A stretch of 64,000 nt of DNA from an uncultured candidate division Zixibacteria bacterium (GCA_963713865.1 OY970208.1:1600001-1664000), one strand, 5' to 3'. Positions 33,401-43,149 are shown, counted from the first letter of the stretch. The notes: generated from the letters alone by a model not told the origin. Made by a program: numbers and translations.

Positions 33401-33441
33401 AGGAGTATAATACTTCCAGAAAAATGGTTTTGTTGAGATAA
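30433..33441 (+). CDS. Secreted protein with FN3 domains and T9SS CTD
   Basis: Signal peptide, two FN3 repeats, NYPNPFNPTT...SGIYFY CTD. Confidence 0.8.
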   Translation: MKKAILLLGVFLFAFNLTTGKDLKSVNLSLESQKNIYVPSGDVCVQQLVHKESNLWLTITNWGLLGSLAGSLNDSETGLPAPSAEFPGGSDLDYLYQGAIWVGGVVEGETLVSVGTDGWLMDYEMSPDVCPEGGIKKLDEFGDQEFLAVYVDTLPPSAWDHWEPYEYRYHKPLNVEISQHSYSWISPPYDDFVLLDYTIRNFGDKFISKAYIGFYMDTDIYHLSNADSGYRDDITGYVEKTIGLPEGVKKIDMAWAADNNGDLDKGQITQRSPIGVFGFKLLGSSSLEPTISFNWWVCNGEDPDSLDFGPWEKSNWDLWNNTYGIWCEGGKGTPCGDRAKYFLMSNGEFDYDQIYACIDQSDSGWLPPPAICADLADGYDTRFLYSFGPFDIPAKDSINFAVGIIMGDSLHIGETPFDNQNPQDFYSKLNFDDLIFNVIMAQRVFESGYTLPPPGPPRDLKALNLSDSTLLLSWSPKKHHDLKGYNIYRSSISGEYSDIPINSEVIKDTFYLDNGLVEGDTYYYTIVSMDEIGKSGIGSRELEVLAGKPVPPTGLVAVSDNKEICLTWKPHPEKDIIGYKIYRKEERKGYEFIKGTGLSGLDTNFCDKNIEDGVVYYYAVSAMDREGLESFLSNSVSAYIMAFDQGILLVDMTNPGGSIFVQDDSVNAFYNRALQGYPFIYSKHDRFSIQYIPLKELSPYPVCIIHSEGRFGPFYSNFDSTLVNLRLYLNAGGKLVLIGRNIIIYPYSEWVITNSFSKGDFAYDILHLKKIILPFWACGLEEFIGTHSTLISEFSDLEVDTARVNRSYPKSSCDLQGELPVIGYFVPLYPEEVIYSFNSAYDTSDFEGKAIGMRYIGDDYQVYFFDFPLYYIKEEQSIPLLHKILEKFGFSPTEVGEEFVSIPEGFSLERNYPNPFNPTTTIPFTVYGSQFIVHSPVRTTLTIYNILGQRVRTLVDEDKLPGRYDIVWDGKDNSGKEVGSGIYFYQLRTKEYNTSRKMVLLR

Positions 33442-33623
33442 GATCTCTTCCAAGCTTCTCCCTAAAAGAAGAGGAGAAAACTTAGTCTTTCGATTTATCG
33501 AACCCGGATTGAATATTTTGTTTGGATTTTGGAAGGTTTTAGCGTATAATAGTGAGTGGAAAAATATTAATTCTGGCTTAATTATTCTAAGAGTTGGATT
33601 AAATAAATTTTAAGGAGGAAAAA

Positions 33624-33824
33624 ATGCTTGGAGGAATTGGAGCCCAGGAACTTTTATTAATCCTTTTGGTCCTTTTGCTTCTCTTCGGTGCGAAAAAGAT
33701 ACCGGAGATCGCCAGGGGTTTGGGGAAAAGCGTAAGCGAATTTAAAAAAGGGATGAGAGACCTCGAAAACGAGGTTAAAAAAGAAGAGGAAAATCCAGAG
33801 GAAAAGAAAAAGCTGGCCGGCTAA
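33624..33824 (+). CDS. tatA: Twin-arginine translocase TatA/E
   Basis: ELLLIL...[16 protein letters not shown]...EFKKG. Confidence 0.92.
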   Translation: MLGGIGAQELLLILLVLLLLFGAKKIPEIARGLGKSVSEFKKGMRDLENEVKKEEENPEEKKKLAG

Positions 33825-34052
33825 AGAGAGTTTTTGGTGATATTTATTTTTATTGAGCAAGTATCTGATTAGCCTGTTGTTAAAGAGTGACCCACGTTTA
33901 GGGCAACGTGGGTTTATTATTTAGAGCCAATTCGACGGCATGACAGGAATGTCTGACTTGTCATTTTCTCGTAACTTTCTACGTTTCTATCGGACTCTAC
34001 AAATATATAAAGAAGGGCAATTCATGAATTACCCCTACTTCCAACAAAAAAA

Positions 34053-34081
34053 TTGACAACTGCCTTTTATTATAATATAAT
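34053..34081 (+). promoter_or_regulatory. Sigma70-type promoter of the fetAB-nth-bsh run
   Basis: TTGACA, 17-nt spacer, TATAAT (34076-34081). Confidence 0.75.
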
Positions 34082-34104
34082 CCAAAAAACTAACCTGCTC
34101 AGTT

Positions 34105-34858
34105 ATGTTAAAATTAGAACTTAAAAAGGTTACCAGAAAAAGGGTAATAAAAAACGGCAACACGCTCAAAGATATGGAAGTACTAAAAGGAATAGACTTG
34201 TCTATTGAGCCAGAGGAGATCTGTACCATTCTGGGACCTTCAGGGAGTGGGAAAAGTACCCTGCTCCGCCTTATAAACCGGCTGGAGGAGGCTTCATCTG
34301 GTTCTATTCTTTTGGACGGCATAGATATAAGGGAGCTTAAGGTTCTTGATTTACGTCGAAGGGTTAGTTTGGTGTTTCAAGTGCCGGTTATGTTTGAAGG
34401 GGATGTTAAAAATAATCTTTTATTCGGACTGAAGATTAAAAATGAAAGTGAAACTGTGGAGTTAGAGAAATGCCTTGAGTTAGTTGGTTCTGGAATCAAA
34501 TTTTCTAAAAAGGGACTCAGCCGAGCTGTCAAGCGGGGAAAAACAGAGAGTATCCTTAGCCCGGACTTTGATCCACAACCCCGAAGTCTTACTTTTAGAT
34601 GAGCCAACTTCAGCCTTAGACCCTACTGCCACGCTTCAGATTGAAAAGCTGATTAAAGATCTAAACCATGTATTGAAACTAACAGTAGTTTTTGTAACTC
34701 ACAATTTAAGCCAGGCTTTAAGATTAGGACACAAATGTGCCATTATAGTAAATGGAGAGAAAATAGAGGAGGGAAAAGCAGAGGTAGTTTTAAATAATCC
34801 AGAAAATTTGCTGACTCAGAAATTTATAAAAGGGGAGCTTGTAAAGGAGGAAAATTGA
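34105..34858 (+). CDS. fetA: ABC transporter ATP-binding protein (FetA/YbbL-like), +1 frameshift at ~34488
   Basis: Walker A GPSGSGKS in the first frame; LSSGEKQR and LLLDEPT in the second frame. Confidence 0.75.
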
Positions 34859-35610
34859 CAGGGAATATCGGCGAACTTTTTTTAGCCTTAATCCTGGTAG
34901 GTATCTCCATAGGAATATCTTATTATAAAAAAATCAATTTAGAGAAAGATCTCCTTATCGGAACGATTCGCTCTTTTGTCCAACTCATAGCCATAGGGTA
35001 TGCCTTAGAATTAGTTTTTAATCTTAATAAGCTCTGGTTGATCTTGTTAGTTATCCTGATTATGGTTTTAGTAGGTGGACAGACTGCCGGGTCAAGATCC
35101 AAGGGTAGCTTAAAGGGATTCAGCATCTCCACTTTTTCTATCGGAATTGGAGCTTTCTTTACCTTAGGATTACTGCTCATCTTAGGAATTATAACTACCG
35201 ATCCAAAATATGTTATACCTTTGGCTGGTATGACCATAGGAAATTCGATGAATGCTTCAGCTTTGGCTTTGGAAAGAATTCATTCAGAGATGAAAAATAA
35301 AAAAGACCAGATAGAACAAGCTCTATCTTTAGGTGTTACCTCCACTCAGGCAGTAGAGGGTTCGTTTAAAGCTACAGTCAAGGCGGCGATGATACCGACT
35401 TTGAACTTAATGAAGGTTGTAGGCTTGGTTCAGCTACCGGGAGCGATGACCGGGATGATCTTAGCAGGTGCCAGCCCGCTTGAAGCGGTAAAGCTTCAGA
35501 TCATAGTGGTCTATATGCTTATCTGTGCAGTAAGCATAACCGCAGTAATTACTGCCAGATTATCTCAGAATACTTATTTTACCAAATATCATCAACTGGT
35601 CGTTTCATAG
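34855..35610 (+). CDS. fetB: Iron export ABC permease FetB (UPF0014)
   Basis: RSFVQL, IPLAGMTIGN and LPGAMTGMILAG motifs. Confidence 0.88.
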   Translation: MTGNIGELFLALILVGISIGISYYKKINLEKDLLIGTIRSFVQLIAIGYALELVFNLNKLWLILLVILIMVLVGGQTAGSRSKGSLKGFSISTFSIGIGAFFTLGLLLILGIITTDPKYVIPLAGMTIGNSMNASALALERIHSEMKNKKDQIEQALSLGVTSTQAVEGSFKATVKAAMIPTLNLMKVVGLVQLPGAMTGMILAGASPLEAVKLQIIVVYMLICAVSITAVITARLSQNTYFTKYHQLVVS

Positions 35611-35617
35611 GGTAAGA

Positions 35618-36334
35618 ATGTTAAATAAATCAAACAACATAAAAATCTTATCAAATCTCTTAGAGAAAGAGTATGGCAGAAAATATTTAAGACCATCATT
35701 TGACCCTTTGTCAGAGCTTATTGCGACTATCCTTTCTCAGAACACCTCAGATCATAACAGCCACAGGGCTTTTAGAAATTTAAAGAGTAGCTTCAAAAAC
35801 TGGGAAGAGCTTAAGGATGCCCCTTTAAAAAAGGTTGTGCAGAGTATAAAAACCGGAGGGCTGGAAAAAATCAAAGCGATAAGGATAAAAAAGATTCTGG
35901 TTCAAATCTATAAAGAAAGAGGGAATTTTGACCTTTCTTTTCTAAAGGAATGGAGGACTGAGGAGATAAGGAAATATCTGAATAAATTCAAAGGAGTCGG
36001 AGACAAGACGGCTGCCTGTGTATTGCTCTTCTCCTTAGGACGGCCAGTCTTGCCAGTTGATACTCACATCTTGAGGGTGAGCAAAAGGCTTGGCTTGCTC
36101 CCTCCAAAAAGCGATTCGAAAAAAGCACACCAGATTTTGCAGAAACTAATTCCTCCGAATCTGGTTTATCCTTTTCATCTGAATCTGATAGAACATGGTA
36201 GAAAAATCTGCAAAGCCAGAATTCCTTTATGCGGTGATTGTGTTCTTTTAAAGATATGTAAATTCAAAGAAAAACCTAAATATATCCAAAAAAGGAGTCA
36301 AGATGCCAAAAGTGAACCTTTTAAAAGAGGGTAA
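35618..36334 (+). CDS. nth: Endonuclease III-like HhH-GPD DNA glycosylase
   Basis: LSQNT, GVGDKTA, VDTH and the Cx6Cx2Cx5C Fe-S motif. Confidence 0.85.
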   Translation: MLNKSNNIKILSNLLEKEYGRKYLRPSFDPLSELIATILSQNTSDHNSHRAFRNLKSSFKNWEELKDAPLKKVVQSIKTGGLEKIKAIRIKKILVQIYKERGNFDLSFLKEWRTEEIRKYLNKFKGVGDKTAACVLLFSLGRPVLPVDTHILRVSKRLGLLPPKSDSKKAHQILQKLIPPNLVYPFHLNLIEHGRKICKARIPLCGDCVLLKICKFKEKPKYIQKRSQDAKSEPFKRG

Positions 36335-36623
36335 AAAGGTGAAGGACCCTTTTAAGCCGGTGCCAATAAGCCGGGTGGGAGATGCTAATATCTTACTCTC
36401 AGTAATCAAGGGTGAATATAAAAAGCACAACCATCCCTATGACGAGTTCTTTTATGTTTTAGACGGAAAAATCGAGCTGGAGTTTGATAAGGATAAACTG
36501 GTTTTGAAAAAAGGGGAAGGGATACTGGTGAAAAAAGGACAATGGCATAAATCCAGGTCCAGAGGGAGATCGATAGTAATGCTCTTCGAGAGAAGCGGTA
36601 TGGAAAGTCAGTTTGTGGATTGA
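36303..36623 (+). CDS. Cupin domain protein
   Basis: HNHPYDEFFYVLDG...KGQWH. Confidence 0.8.
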   Translation: MPKVNLLKEGKKVKDPFKPVPISRVGDANILLSVIKGEYKKHNHPYDEFFYVLDGKIELEFDKDKLVLKKGEGILVKKGQWHKSRSRGRSIVMLFERSGMESQFVD

Positions 36624-36627
36624 AGAT

Positions 36628-38253
36628 ATGCAAGTAGATTTCAGAAAAATACCTGGTACTTACAAGCTCTTCTCTGATTTTCTCTACGATTTTCAAAAAG
36701 TAGAGAAATTCTATGCGGGTGATTTTCGTAAAGACAAGAATTATTTAAGGATTTTCAAATCGATAAAAGATAGAAAACATCAGAGAGAATATCTATCTTC
36801 CATCCTCAGGAAGCAGAATCAAATATTTGGTTCGGGGAGTGAAGCTTTTAAGAATATTGAGCTTCTCCAGAAACCAGATTCGCTGGTAGTATTTACCGGT
36901 CAGCAGGTAGGACTTTTTGGCGGTCCTTTATATACTATTTATAAGGCAATCACCACTCTTAAATTAGCTCAAGCATTATCTTTCAGGTTCTCCAGACCCT
37001 TTGTGCCTCTTTTCTGGTTAGATTCGGAAGATCACGATTTTGAAGAGGTCAGGTCAACTTGTATCGTAGATAAAGAGAATCAGATTCAGGAGATCAAATA
37101 TTCTCCAGCAAAAGTTTCTTCGGGTAGTCCAATGTATCAGGTTGTTTTGGAGGAGGAGATCACTTCTTGTGTAGAGTTACTCAAATCTTCTCTTTATCCT
37201 AGCGAATTTAAGGATAAAGTAACCCAGAAACTTGATGAATTCTATGTCAAAGGAGAAACAATCTCAAATTCTTTTGCAAAATGGATAGCTACTCTTTTAG
37301 GTAAATACGGGCTGGTTATAGTTGATCCCGGGGATAAAGAGCTTAAAGAGTTGGCTGTAGAATTATTCTTGAAAGAAATTAAAAATCCCAGTAAGTCTAT
37401 TAAGCTGGTAAAAGAAACTGGAGAAAAATTAGAATCTTCAGGGTATCATCAGCAGGTGATTAAACCCGGGGAGATAATAAACCTTTTCTTAGAGGTGGAG
37501 GGAAGAAGGTCTTCCTTGAAATGGAGTGGTGACCTGATAGAGGTAGAAGGGTCTGATAGAAAAATAACCATAGAAGAGTTTATGCATATAATAGAAAATG
37601 AACCTCAAAGGCTCAGCCCGAATGTTCTTCTATTACCTCTGGTGAGGAGTCATCTTTTTCCTACCGCAGTATATATCGGTGGTCCAGGTGAGATCAGCTA
37701 TTATGCTCAGCTGAAATCTGTTTTTGAATTTTACGATATTCCGATGCCTGTGGTTTATCCTCGAGCCAGTTTGAGTTTAATAGAGGATAAAGTTAAACAG
37801 GTATTTCAAAAATATTCTTTTTCTTTTATCGATTTATTCCAGGATCCAGAGATATTGATAAGTTCCATATTGAAAGAGAAATTTCCAAATCCTTTGGATA
37901 AAAAATTGGAAGAGAAAATAACGAAAATAAAAGATCTCTTGAATAGCTTAGAGGAAGAGCTTATAGTTGACGAGCCGGATTTAAAATCCAACATCGAGAA
38001 TACCCGAGGAAAAATAGATTATGAGCTGAAAAGATTAGGAGAAAAACTTTTTCAAATACACCGGCAGAAAAACCAGCTCTTAAAAGGGCAGATTTATAAA
38101 GCCAAGAATAATCTTTTACCGGGGAATAAGCTTCAGGAAAGGGTTTTAAACCTTCTGCCTTTCTTGGTAAAATATGGATTTGAATTCGTAGATATTTTAT
38201 ATCAAAAAACGGAGATCGAAAAGATCGATCATCAACTCTTGGAGGTAGGGTAG
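36628..38253 (+). CDS. bshC: Bacillithiol biosynthesis cysteine-adding enzyme BshC
   Basis: TGQQVGLFGGPLY, EDHDFEE, SPNV, GGPGEISY and LQER motifs. Confidence 0.92.
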   Translation: MQVDFRKIPGTYKLFSDFLYDFQKVEKFYAGDFRKDKNYLRIFKSIKDRKHQREYLSSILRKQNQIFGSGSEAFKNIELLQKPDSLVVFTGQQVGLFGGPLYTIYKAITTLKLAQALSFRFSRPFVPLFWLDSEDHDFEEVRSTCIVDKENQIQEIKYSPAKVSSGSPMYQVVLEEEITSCVELLKSSLYPSEFKDKVTQKLDEFYVKGETISNSFAKWIATLLGKYGLVIVDPGDKELKELAVELFLKEIKNPSKSIKLVKETGEKLESSGYHQQVIKPGEIINLFLEVEGRRSSLKWSGDLIEVEGSDRKITIEEFMHIIENEPQRLSPNVLLLPLVRSHLFPTAVYIGGPGEISYYAQLKSVFEFYDIPMPVVYPRASLSLIEDKVKQVFQKYSFSFIDLFQDPEILISSILKEKFPNPLDKKLEEKITKIKDLLNSLEEELIVDEPDLKSNIENTRGKIDYELKRLGEKLFQIHRQKNQLLKGQIYKAKNNLLPGNKLQERVLNLLPFLVKYGFEFVDILYQKTEIEKIDHQLLEVG

Positions 38254-38257
38254 CTTA

Positions 38258-39382
38258 ATGAGAATAGGCGTTACCTGTTATCCGGTACCAGGCGGTAGCG
38301 GAGTGGTTGCCACTGAATTAGGGATAGAAATGGCGAAAAGGGGACATCAGGTCCATTTCATCACCTATTCCCCACCTTTCAGATTGCAGAGATTCATCGA
38401 AAACCTTTTCTATCATCAGGTAGAGGTTACGAATTATCCTCTTTTCAAATTCCCTCCCTATACCCTGAGCTTAGCCTGTAAAATGGCAGAAATTGCCGAA
38501 CTCTGGTCCTTAGACCTCTTGCACGTGCATTACGCTATACCTCACGCAACCGCAGCCTACTTAGCCAAAAGCATTCTGAAAGAGCATAGTCCAAAAGTAA
38601 TAACTACTCTGCATGGCACAGACATAACTTTAGTTGGCACGGACAAATCTTTTTGCGGAATCACCAGGTTCAGCATCGAGGAAAGTGACGGAATTACTGC
38701 GGTTTCTGATTTCTTGAAAAAAAGAACCGAGCAAGAATTCGGTCTAAAAAAAGAAATTGAGATGATTCCAAACTTTGTGGATACAGAAAGGTTCGCTCAG
38801 AAAAAAGATAGGTCTCAAAGAAGACACTTTGCTGAAGATAATGAAAAAATCCTGATGCATATTTCTAATTTCCGACCGGTGAAAAGGGTTGAGGATATCA
38901 TTAAGATATTTCATAGAATTAATAAGAAGATTCCCTCTAAACTGGTATTGATAGGTGATGGTCCTGATTTGAGCAAAGCTTTGCTCCTGGCAAAAGAATT
39001 TGGAATAGAGGATCGAGTTATCTCCTTAGGAGGGCAGAATTTTGTAGAAAATCTTTTACCTGTAGCTGACCTTTTCCTTCTGCCCAGCGACCAGGAGAGC
39101 TTTGGTCTTGTGGCTTTAGAAGCAATGAGCTGTGGCGTTCCGGTTATCGGTACCAGGAGTGGAGGTTTACCAGAAGTAGTCCTGGATGGAGAGAATGGTT
39201 TTTTAGGATCCTTAGGCAATGTTGATGTTATGGCAGAAAAAGGGATTGAATTGCTATCAGATGAAAATAGATTGAATAAATTTAGAGAAAACTGCAGAAA
39301 AAGAGCAGTAGAGAAATTCGATTCAAAGTTGATTGTACCGAGGTATGAGAAATACTATGAAAAAATAGTAAACAGTAAGTAG
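38258..39382 (+). CDS. bshA: N-acetyl-alpha-D-glucosaminyl L-malate synthase BshA
   Basis: GGSGVVATELG, HVHYAIPHA, TLHGTD and SNFRPVKR motifs. Confidence 0.93.
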   Translation: MRIGVTCYPVPGGSGVVATELGIEMAKRGHQVHFITYSPPFRLQRFIENLFYHQVEVTNYPLFKFPPYTLSLACKMAEIAELWSLDLLHVHYAIPHATAAYLAKSILKEHSPKVITTLHGTDITLVGTDKSFCGITRFSIEESDGITAVSDFLKKRTEQEFGLKKEIEMIPNFVDTERFAQKKDRSQRRHFAEDNEKILMHISNFRPVKRVEDIIKIFHRINKKIPSKLVLIGDGPDLSKALLLAKEFGIEDRVISLGGQNFVENLLPVADLFLLPSDQESFGLVALEAMSCGVPVIGTRSGGLPEVVLDGENGFLGSLGNVDVMAEKGIELLSDENRLNKFRENCRKRAVEKFDSKLIVPRYEKYYEKIVNSK

Positions 39383-39459
39383 TAGATAGTAGACAGGGGA
39401 AAAGATTTTTCCTGTATGCTGTCTACTGTTTACTATCTACTTTTGAAAAGGAGGTTGGA

Positions 39460-40173
39460 TTGAAATTAGATGTTTTAGCGATTTTCGCTCATAGGGATGA
39501 TGCGGAGATCACCTGCGGAGGGACTCTTATTAAATTAGTCGAGTTCGGATATAATGTTGGAATTGTTGACCTGACTCAAGGGGAGATGGGAACCAGGGGC
39601 TCAGCCAGGTTGAGAGGGATTGAAGCTAAATGTGCGGCTAAACTGATGGGAGTGAAAATCAGAGAAAATCTTAAAATTCCTGATTCCAAAGTTGAGCCAA
39701 CCTGGGAAAATAAACTAAAACTTGTTCGGGTAATAAGAAAATATAAACCTCATATAGTTATTTTGCCCTACTGGGAACAAAGACATCCTGACCATGCTAA
39801 CTGCTCTAAATTAGGTTATGATGCCTGTTATCTTTCAGGCTTAGCAAAACTAAAAGTCCCTGGAGAGCCTCACCGGCCTTATAAGATAATCTACTCGACT
39901 TCCTTTAGAGAGAAACTTGAACATTCCTTCATTGTAGACATAACCAACCAGCTTGAAAAGAAAATCGAAGCGGTAAAATGTTACCGTTCGCAATTTAAGG
40001 GTATGAAGAAGCGAAAAGATGTTTTTGTGCCAGGGATTGACGTCTTCGATTTTATGAGAATTAAAGCGGCTCATTATGGCACCCTGATTGGTAAAAGATA
40101 TGGCGAAGCATTTATGATTAAGGAGATTTTTGTAGTCGAAGACCCAATGAAGCTTCTGGGAAGATCGATTTAG
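39460..40173 (+). CDS. bshB1: Bacillithiol deacetylase BshB1
   Basis: AHRDDAE, LTQGEMGTRG and RHPDH motifs; TTG start after GGAGG. Confidence 0.9.
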   Translation: MKLDVLAIFAHRDDAEITCGGTLIKLVEFGYNVGIVDLTQGEMGTRGSARLRGIEAKCAAKLMGVKIRENLKIPDSKVEPTWENKLKLVRVIRKYKPHIVILPYWEQRHPDHANCSKLGYDACYLSGLAKLKVPGEPHRPYKIIYSTSFREKLEHSFIVDITNQLEKKIEAVKCYRSQFKGMKKRKDVFVPGIDVFDFMRIKAAHYGTLIGKRYGEAFMIKEIFVVEDPMKLLGRSI

Positions 40174-40317
40174 TTTTTTTTGTAGGGACAGAACATTGTT
40201 CTGTCCTCCATAACCGAGAACCTCTCCCTGATCCCTCATTGGAAGGGAGAGGTAATAAAATTGTAGCGTCGGGCTTTATGCCCGACGTTTCTGTCTTCTT
40301 GTTTAGCCATAATTTTC

Positions 40318-40346
40318 TTGCAAATATAATCTGAAAATTTTATATT
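40318..40346 (+). promoter_or_regulatory. Putative promoter of selC
   Basis: TTGCAA, 17-nt spacer, TATATT, ending 11 nt before the tRNA. Confidence 0.55.
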
Positions 40347-40357
40347 GATTTCAGATC

Positions 40358-40453
40358 GGAAGAGGATGGGATCTGGTGGTCCTCGCGGACTTCAAATCCG
40401 TCGTTCCTGACCAAAAATCGGGTTGGTGGGTTCGATTCCCACCCCTTCCGCCA
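40358..40453 (+). tRNA. selC: tRNA-Sec (anticodon UCA)
   Basis: 6-bp D stem with 4-nt loop, CTTCAAA anticodon loop, long variable arm, GTGGG-TTCGATT-CCCAC T arm, G73-CCA end. Confidence 0.95.
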
Positions 40454-40573
40454 ATTTTGAAGTAAGAAATTTATTCTGTGATCGTCGTCCACCTCAGGCG
40501 GACTGACCCGACGGGAAGATTGCCAGGTCAGTCCCTCCCTTGGCGGGATGGCAAGCACAAACTTCTTGAGGAT

Positions 40574-41626
40574 ATGGAGCAAAAACAAAAAATAAGACTG
40601 ACGACACTGGCTTCAAGTTCTGGCTGAGCGGCAAAGTGTAGTCCTCAGGACTTGACGCAGGTTCTGCGTCACTTGCCAAAGATAAAAAACAATAGAGTGC
40701 TGGTTGGTTATAACAGCGTGGATGATGCTGGAGTGTATAAACTGAGTAAAGATTTAGCTCTGGTGCAGACTGTAGATTTTTTCCCTCCCGTAGTAGATGA
40801 TCCTTATGACTATGGTGCTATATCCGCAGCCAATGCCTTGAGCGACATTTATGCTATGGGCGGAAAACCAATCTCAGCTTTAAATATCGTAGGATATCCA
40901 AAAGAACTAATGCCTTTGTCTGCCTTAGAAGAAGTCTTGAGAGGAGGGGCAGATAAAGCTAAAGAAGCCGGGATACCTATTATCGGAGGACATACTCTAA
41001 AAACTAAGGAGCCTATGTATGGGCTTTCGGTAAATGGGATAATTCATCCAGATAAAATTGTTACCAATGCCGGAGCAAAACCTGGTGATATGCTCATCCT
41101 GACTAAACCCTTAGGAATCGGGATTATTACCACCGCTATTAAAAAGGGCATTGCTCCGCCAAAAGTGGAAAAAGAAGCTGTGAAGATAATGAGCCAACTG
41201 AATAAAACCGCTTCTGAGGTAATGCTTGAATTCAGAGTAAAAGCCTGCACCGATATAACCGGCTACGGATTTTTAGGTCATCTCTGCGAGATAACATCTG
41301 CTTCTGGAAACGGGGCAAAAGTTTATTTATCCAAAATACCCGTACTTGAGTATGCCTGGAAGTTGGTTGAACAAAATATAATTCCTGGAGGGACTCTCTC
41401 TAACCGTAATTTTATGGAAGATAAAGTTCTCTGGGGGAAAGATATCTGCGAAGAGGCAAAACTTGTTCTGTGCGATGCACAAACCTCTGGAGGCCTACTG
41501 ATTAGCATTTCAAAGAATAAAGTTTCTAAACTTTTAAACTCTTTGAGAAAAAAAGGGGTTAAAAATTCCTCCATCGTGGGTGAAATTATCAAAGATAGAA
41601 AATGCAAGATAAAAGTAGAGTGGTAA
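40574..41626 (+). CDS. selD: Selenophosphate synthetase SelD, selenoprotein (Sec18 at TGA 40625-40627)
   Basis: MEQKQKIRLTTLASSSG-U-AAK is in frame with the 40652 ORF. DDAG, TVDFF, TDITGYG and QTSGGLL motifs. Confidence 0.93.
40630..40677 (+). promoter_or_regulatory. Putative bacterial SECIS element of selD
   Basis: Perfect hairpin TGACGCAG-GTT-CTGCGTCA (40653-40671) downstream of the UGA, enclosed by GGCAAAGTG/CACTTGCC. Confidence 0.65.
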
Positions 41627-42993
41627 ATAGTAAAAAGCTCAGACAGATTCCCAGCATTGAGGAGATTTTGCAATCCGAGAAACTGCAAAAGTACATCTCT
41701 TTTCTCTCCCGACCTTTTGTAACTCAAATCAGTAGAAAAATAGTGGATGAATTAAGAAAACAGGTAAAGAGAAAAGGATTGAATATTTCTAAAGAAGAGA
41801 TAATCACGAAAATTTCAGAAGAGCTTGAGAATTTAGTTTCTGCTTCTTTGAGACCGGTGATAAACGGAACCGGTGTAATAATCCATACCAACCTTGGGCG
41901 TGCTCCTATAGGCGAAAACGTATTAAAACATATCGCTGCAGTAAGTAAGGATTATTCTTCTTTAGAATATGATCTCGTAAAAGGAAAAAGAGGAGAGAGA
42001 ACCGTATTTCTGGAAAAACTGTTGATCGAGCTTTCAGGCGCAGAAGGTGCTCTGGTAGTAAATAACAATGCCGGTGCGGTTCTGCTTATCCTTTCAGGTT
42101 TAGCCAAAGGAAAAGAGGTTATCATATCCAGGGGTGAACTGGTTCAGATAGGCGGAGGTTTTAGAATTCCGGATATTTTGAATGAAAGCGGAGCGATAAT
42201 GAAAGAGGTTGGAACAACTAATCAAACCTCCATTTCCGATTATCAGAGAGCCATAAATAAAAACACCAAGATTCTCTTAAAGGTCCATAAAAGCAATTTC
42301 TGGATGTCCGGGTTTGTGGAAGAGGTTTCCATTGAAAAGTTAATTCCTCTGGGCAAAAAATATCACTTGATAACAGTTATGGATTTAGGAAGTGGAGCTG
42401 TTACTTATACTGAGAATTATGGGCTGGGACATGAGCCCAGGGTCTCAGAAACAATATATTCTGGCACTGATTTAGTCTGTTTTTCAGGTGATAAGCTTTT
42501 AGGTGGACCCCAGTCTGGGGTAATTGTTGGCAAGAAAAGATATATTGATCTTTTGCGAAAACATCCTCTTTATCGTGCTCTGCGAGTTGATAAGATGGTT
42601 ATTGCTGGTCTTGAACAGGTCATTCTTAGTTATCTTAAAAAAGAAGAGGAGAAGATTCCTATCTGGAGGTTTATTTCGACTCCTCTGGATGGCCTCAGAA
42701 AAAGAGGAGAAGAGATCTCAGGAAGATTAAAAGAGTTTGATATCTCTATTTCCTTAAAGGAGAGCAAAAGCACCGTAGGAGGCGGCTCCCTGCCGGGTGA
42801 GACTCTTCCAACAATCGTATTATCCCTAGAGTCACAAACTCCTCCTGAAAGTTTAGCTGAGAAATTCCGCAGTTTAGATTGCCCGATAATCGGGCGAGTC
42901 GAAAAAAATAGATTAGTTCTGGACTTAAAGACAATCTTACCAGAGCAGGATGAGATTGTCATTGAAGGCATAAAGAAAGTACTTAAATCGTAG
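41602..42993 (+). CDS. selA: L-seryl-tRNA(Sec) selenium transferase
   Basis: HTNLGRAP, NNNA, IGGGFRIP, EVGTTN and SGDKLLGGPQ motifs. Confidence 0.95.
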   Translation: MQDKSRVVNSKKLRQIPSIEEILQSEKLQKYISFLSRPFVTQISRKIVDELRKQVKRKGLNISKEEIITKISEELENLVSASLRPVINGTGVIIHTNLGRAPIGENVLKHIAAVSKDYSSLEYDLVKGKRGERTVFLEKLLIELSGAEGALVVNNNAGAVLLILSGLAKGKEVIISRGELVQIGGGFRIPDILNESGAIMKEVGTTNQTSISDYQRAINKNTKILLKVHKSNFWMSGFVEEVSIEKLIPLGKKYHLITVMDLGSGAVTYTENYGLGHEPRVSETIYSGTDLVCFSGDKLLGGPQSGVIVGKKRYIDLLRKHPLYRALRVDKMVIAGLEQVILSYLKKEEEKIPIWRFISTPLDGLRKRGEEISGRLKEFDISISLKESKSTVGGGSLPGETLPTIVLSLESQTPPESLAEKFRSLDCPIIGRVEKNRLVLDLKTILPEQDEIVIEGIKKVLKS

Positions 42994-43149
42994 GGCAACT
43001 CTTTTCTTTCAGGGTGTGTTGAAAAACATTAACCGGAGTGCACCAGCTTGCTGGTGCCGTTTTTTATCGAAATTCTGACAAATTGAAATCAAAAGAAATT
43101 AGCATTTCAGAAAAATAGCAAAAGCAAGCCTTTGCACTCCCAATTCTAT

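Noticed and set aside
34105-34858. Programmed frameshift or Sec readthrough in fetA, porU or xrtH
   Set aside because: No slippery heptamer or in-frame UGA joins the parts; single-base insertions explain them.
40358-40560. Integrative element at selC
   Set aside because: No integrase or duplicated tRNA 3' end was seen; selD follows directly.
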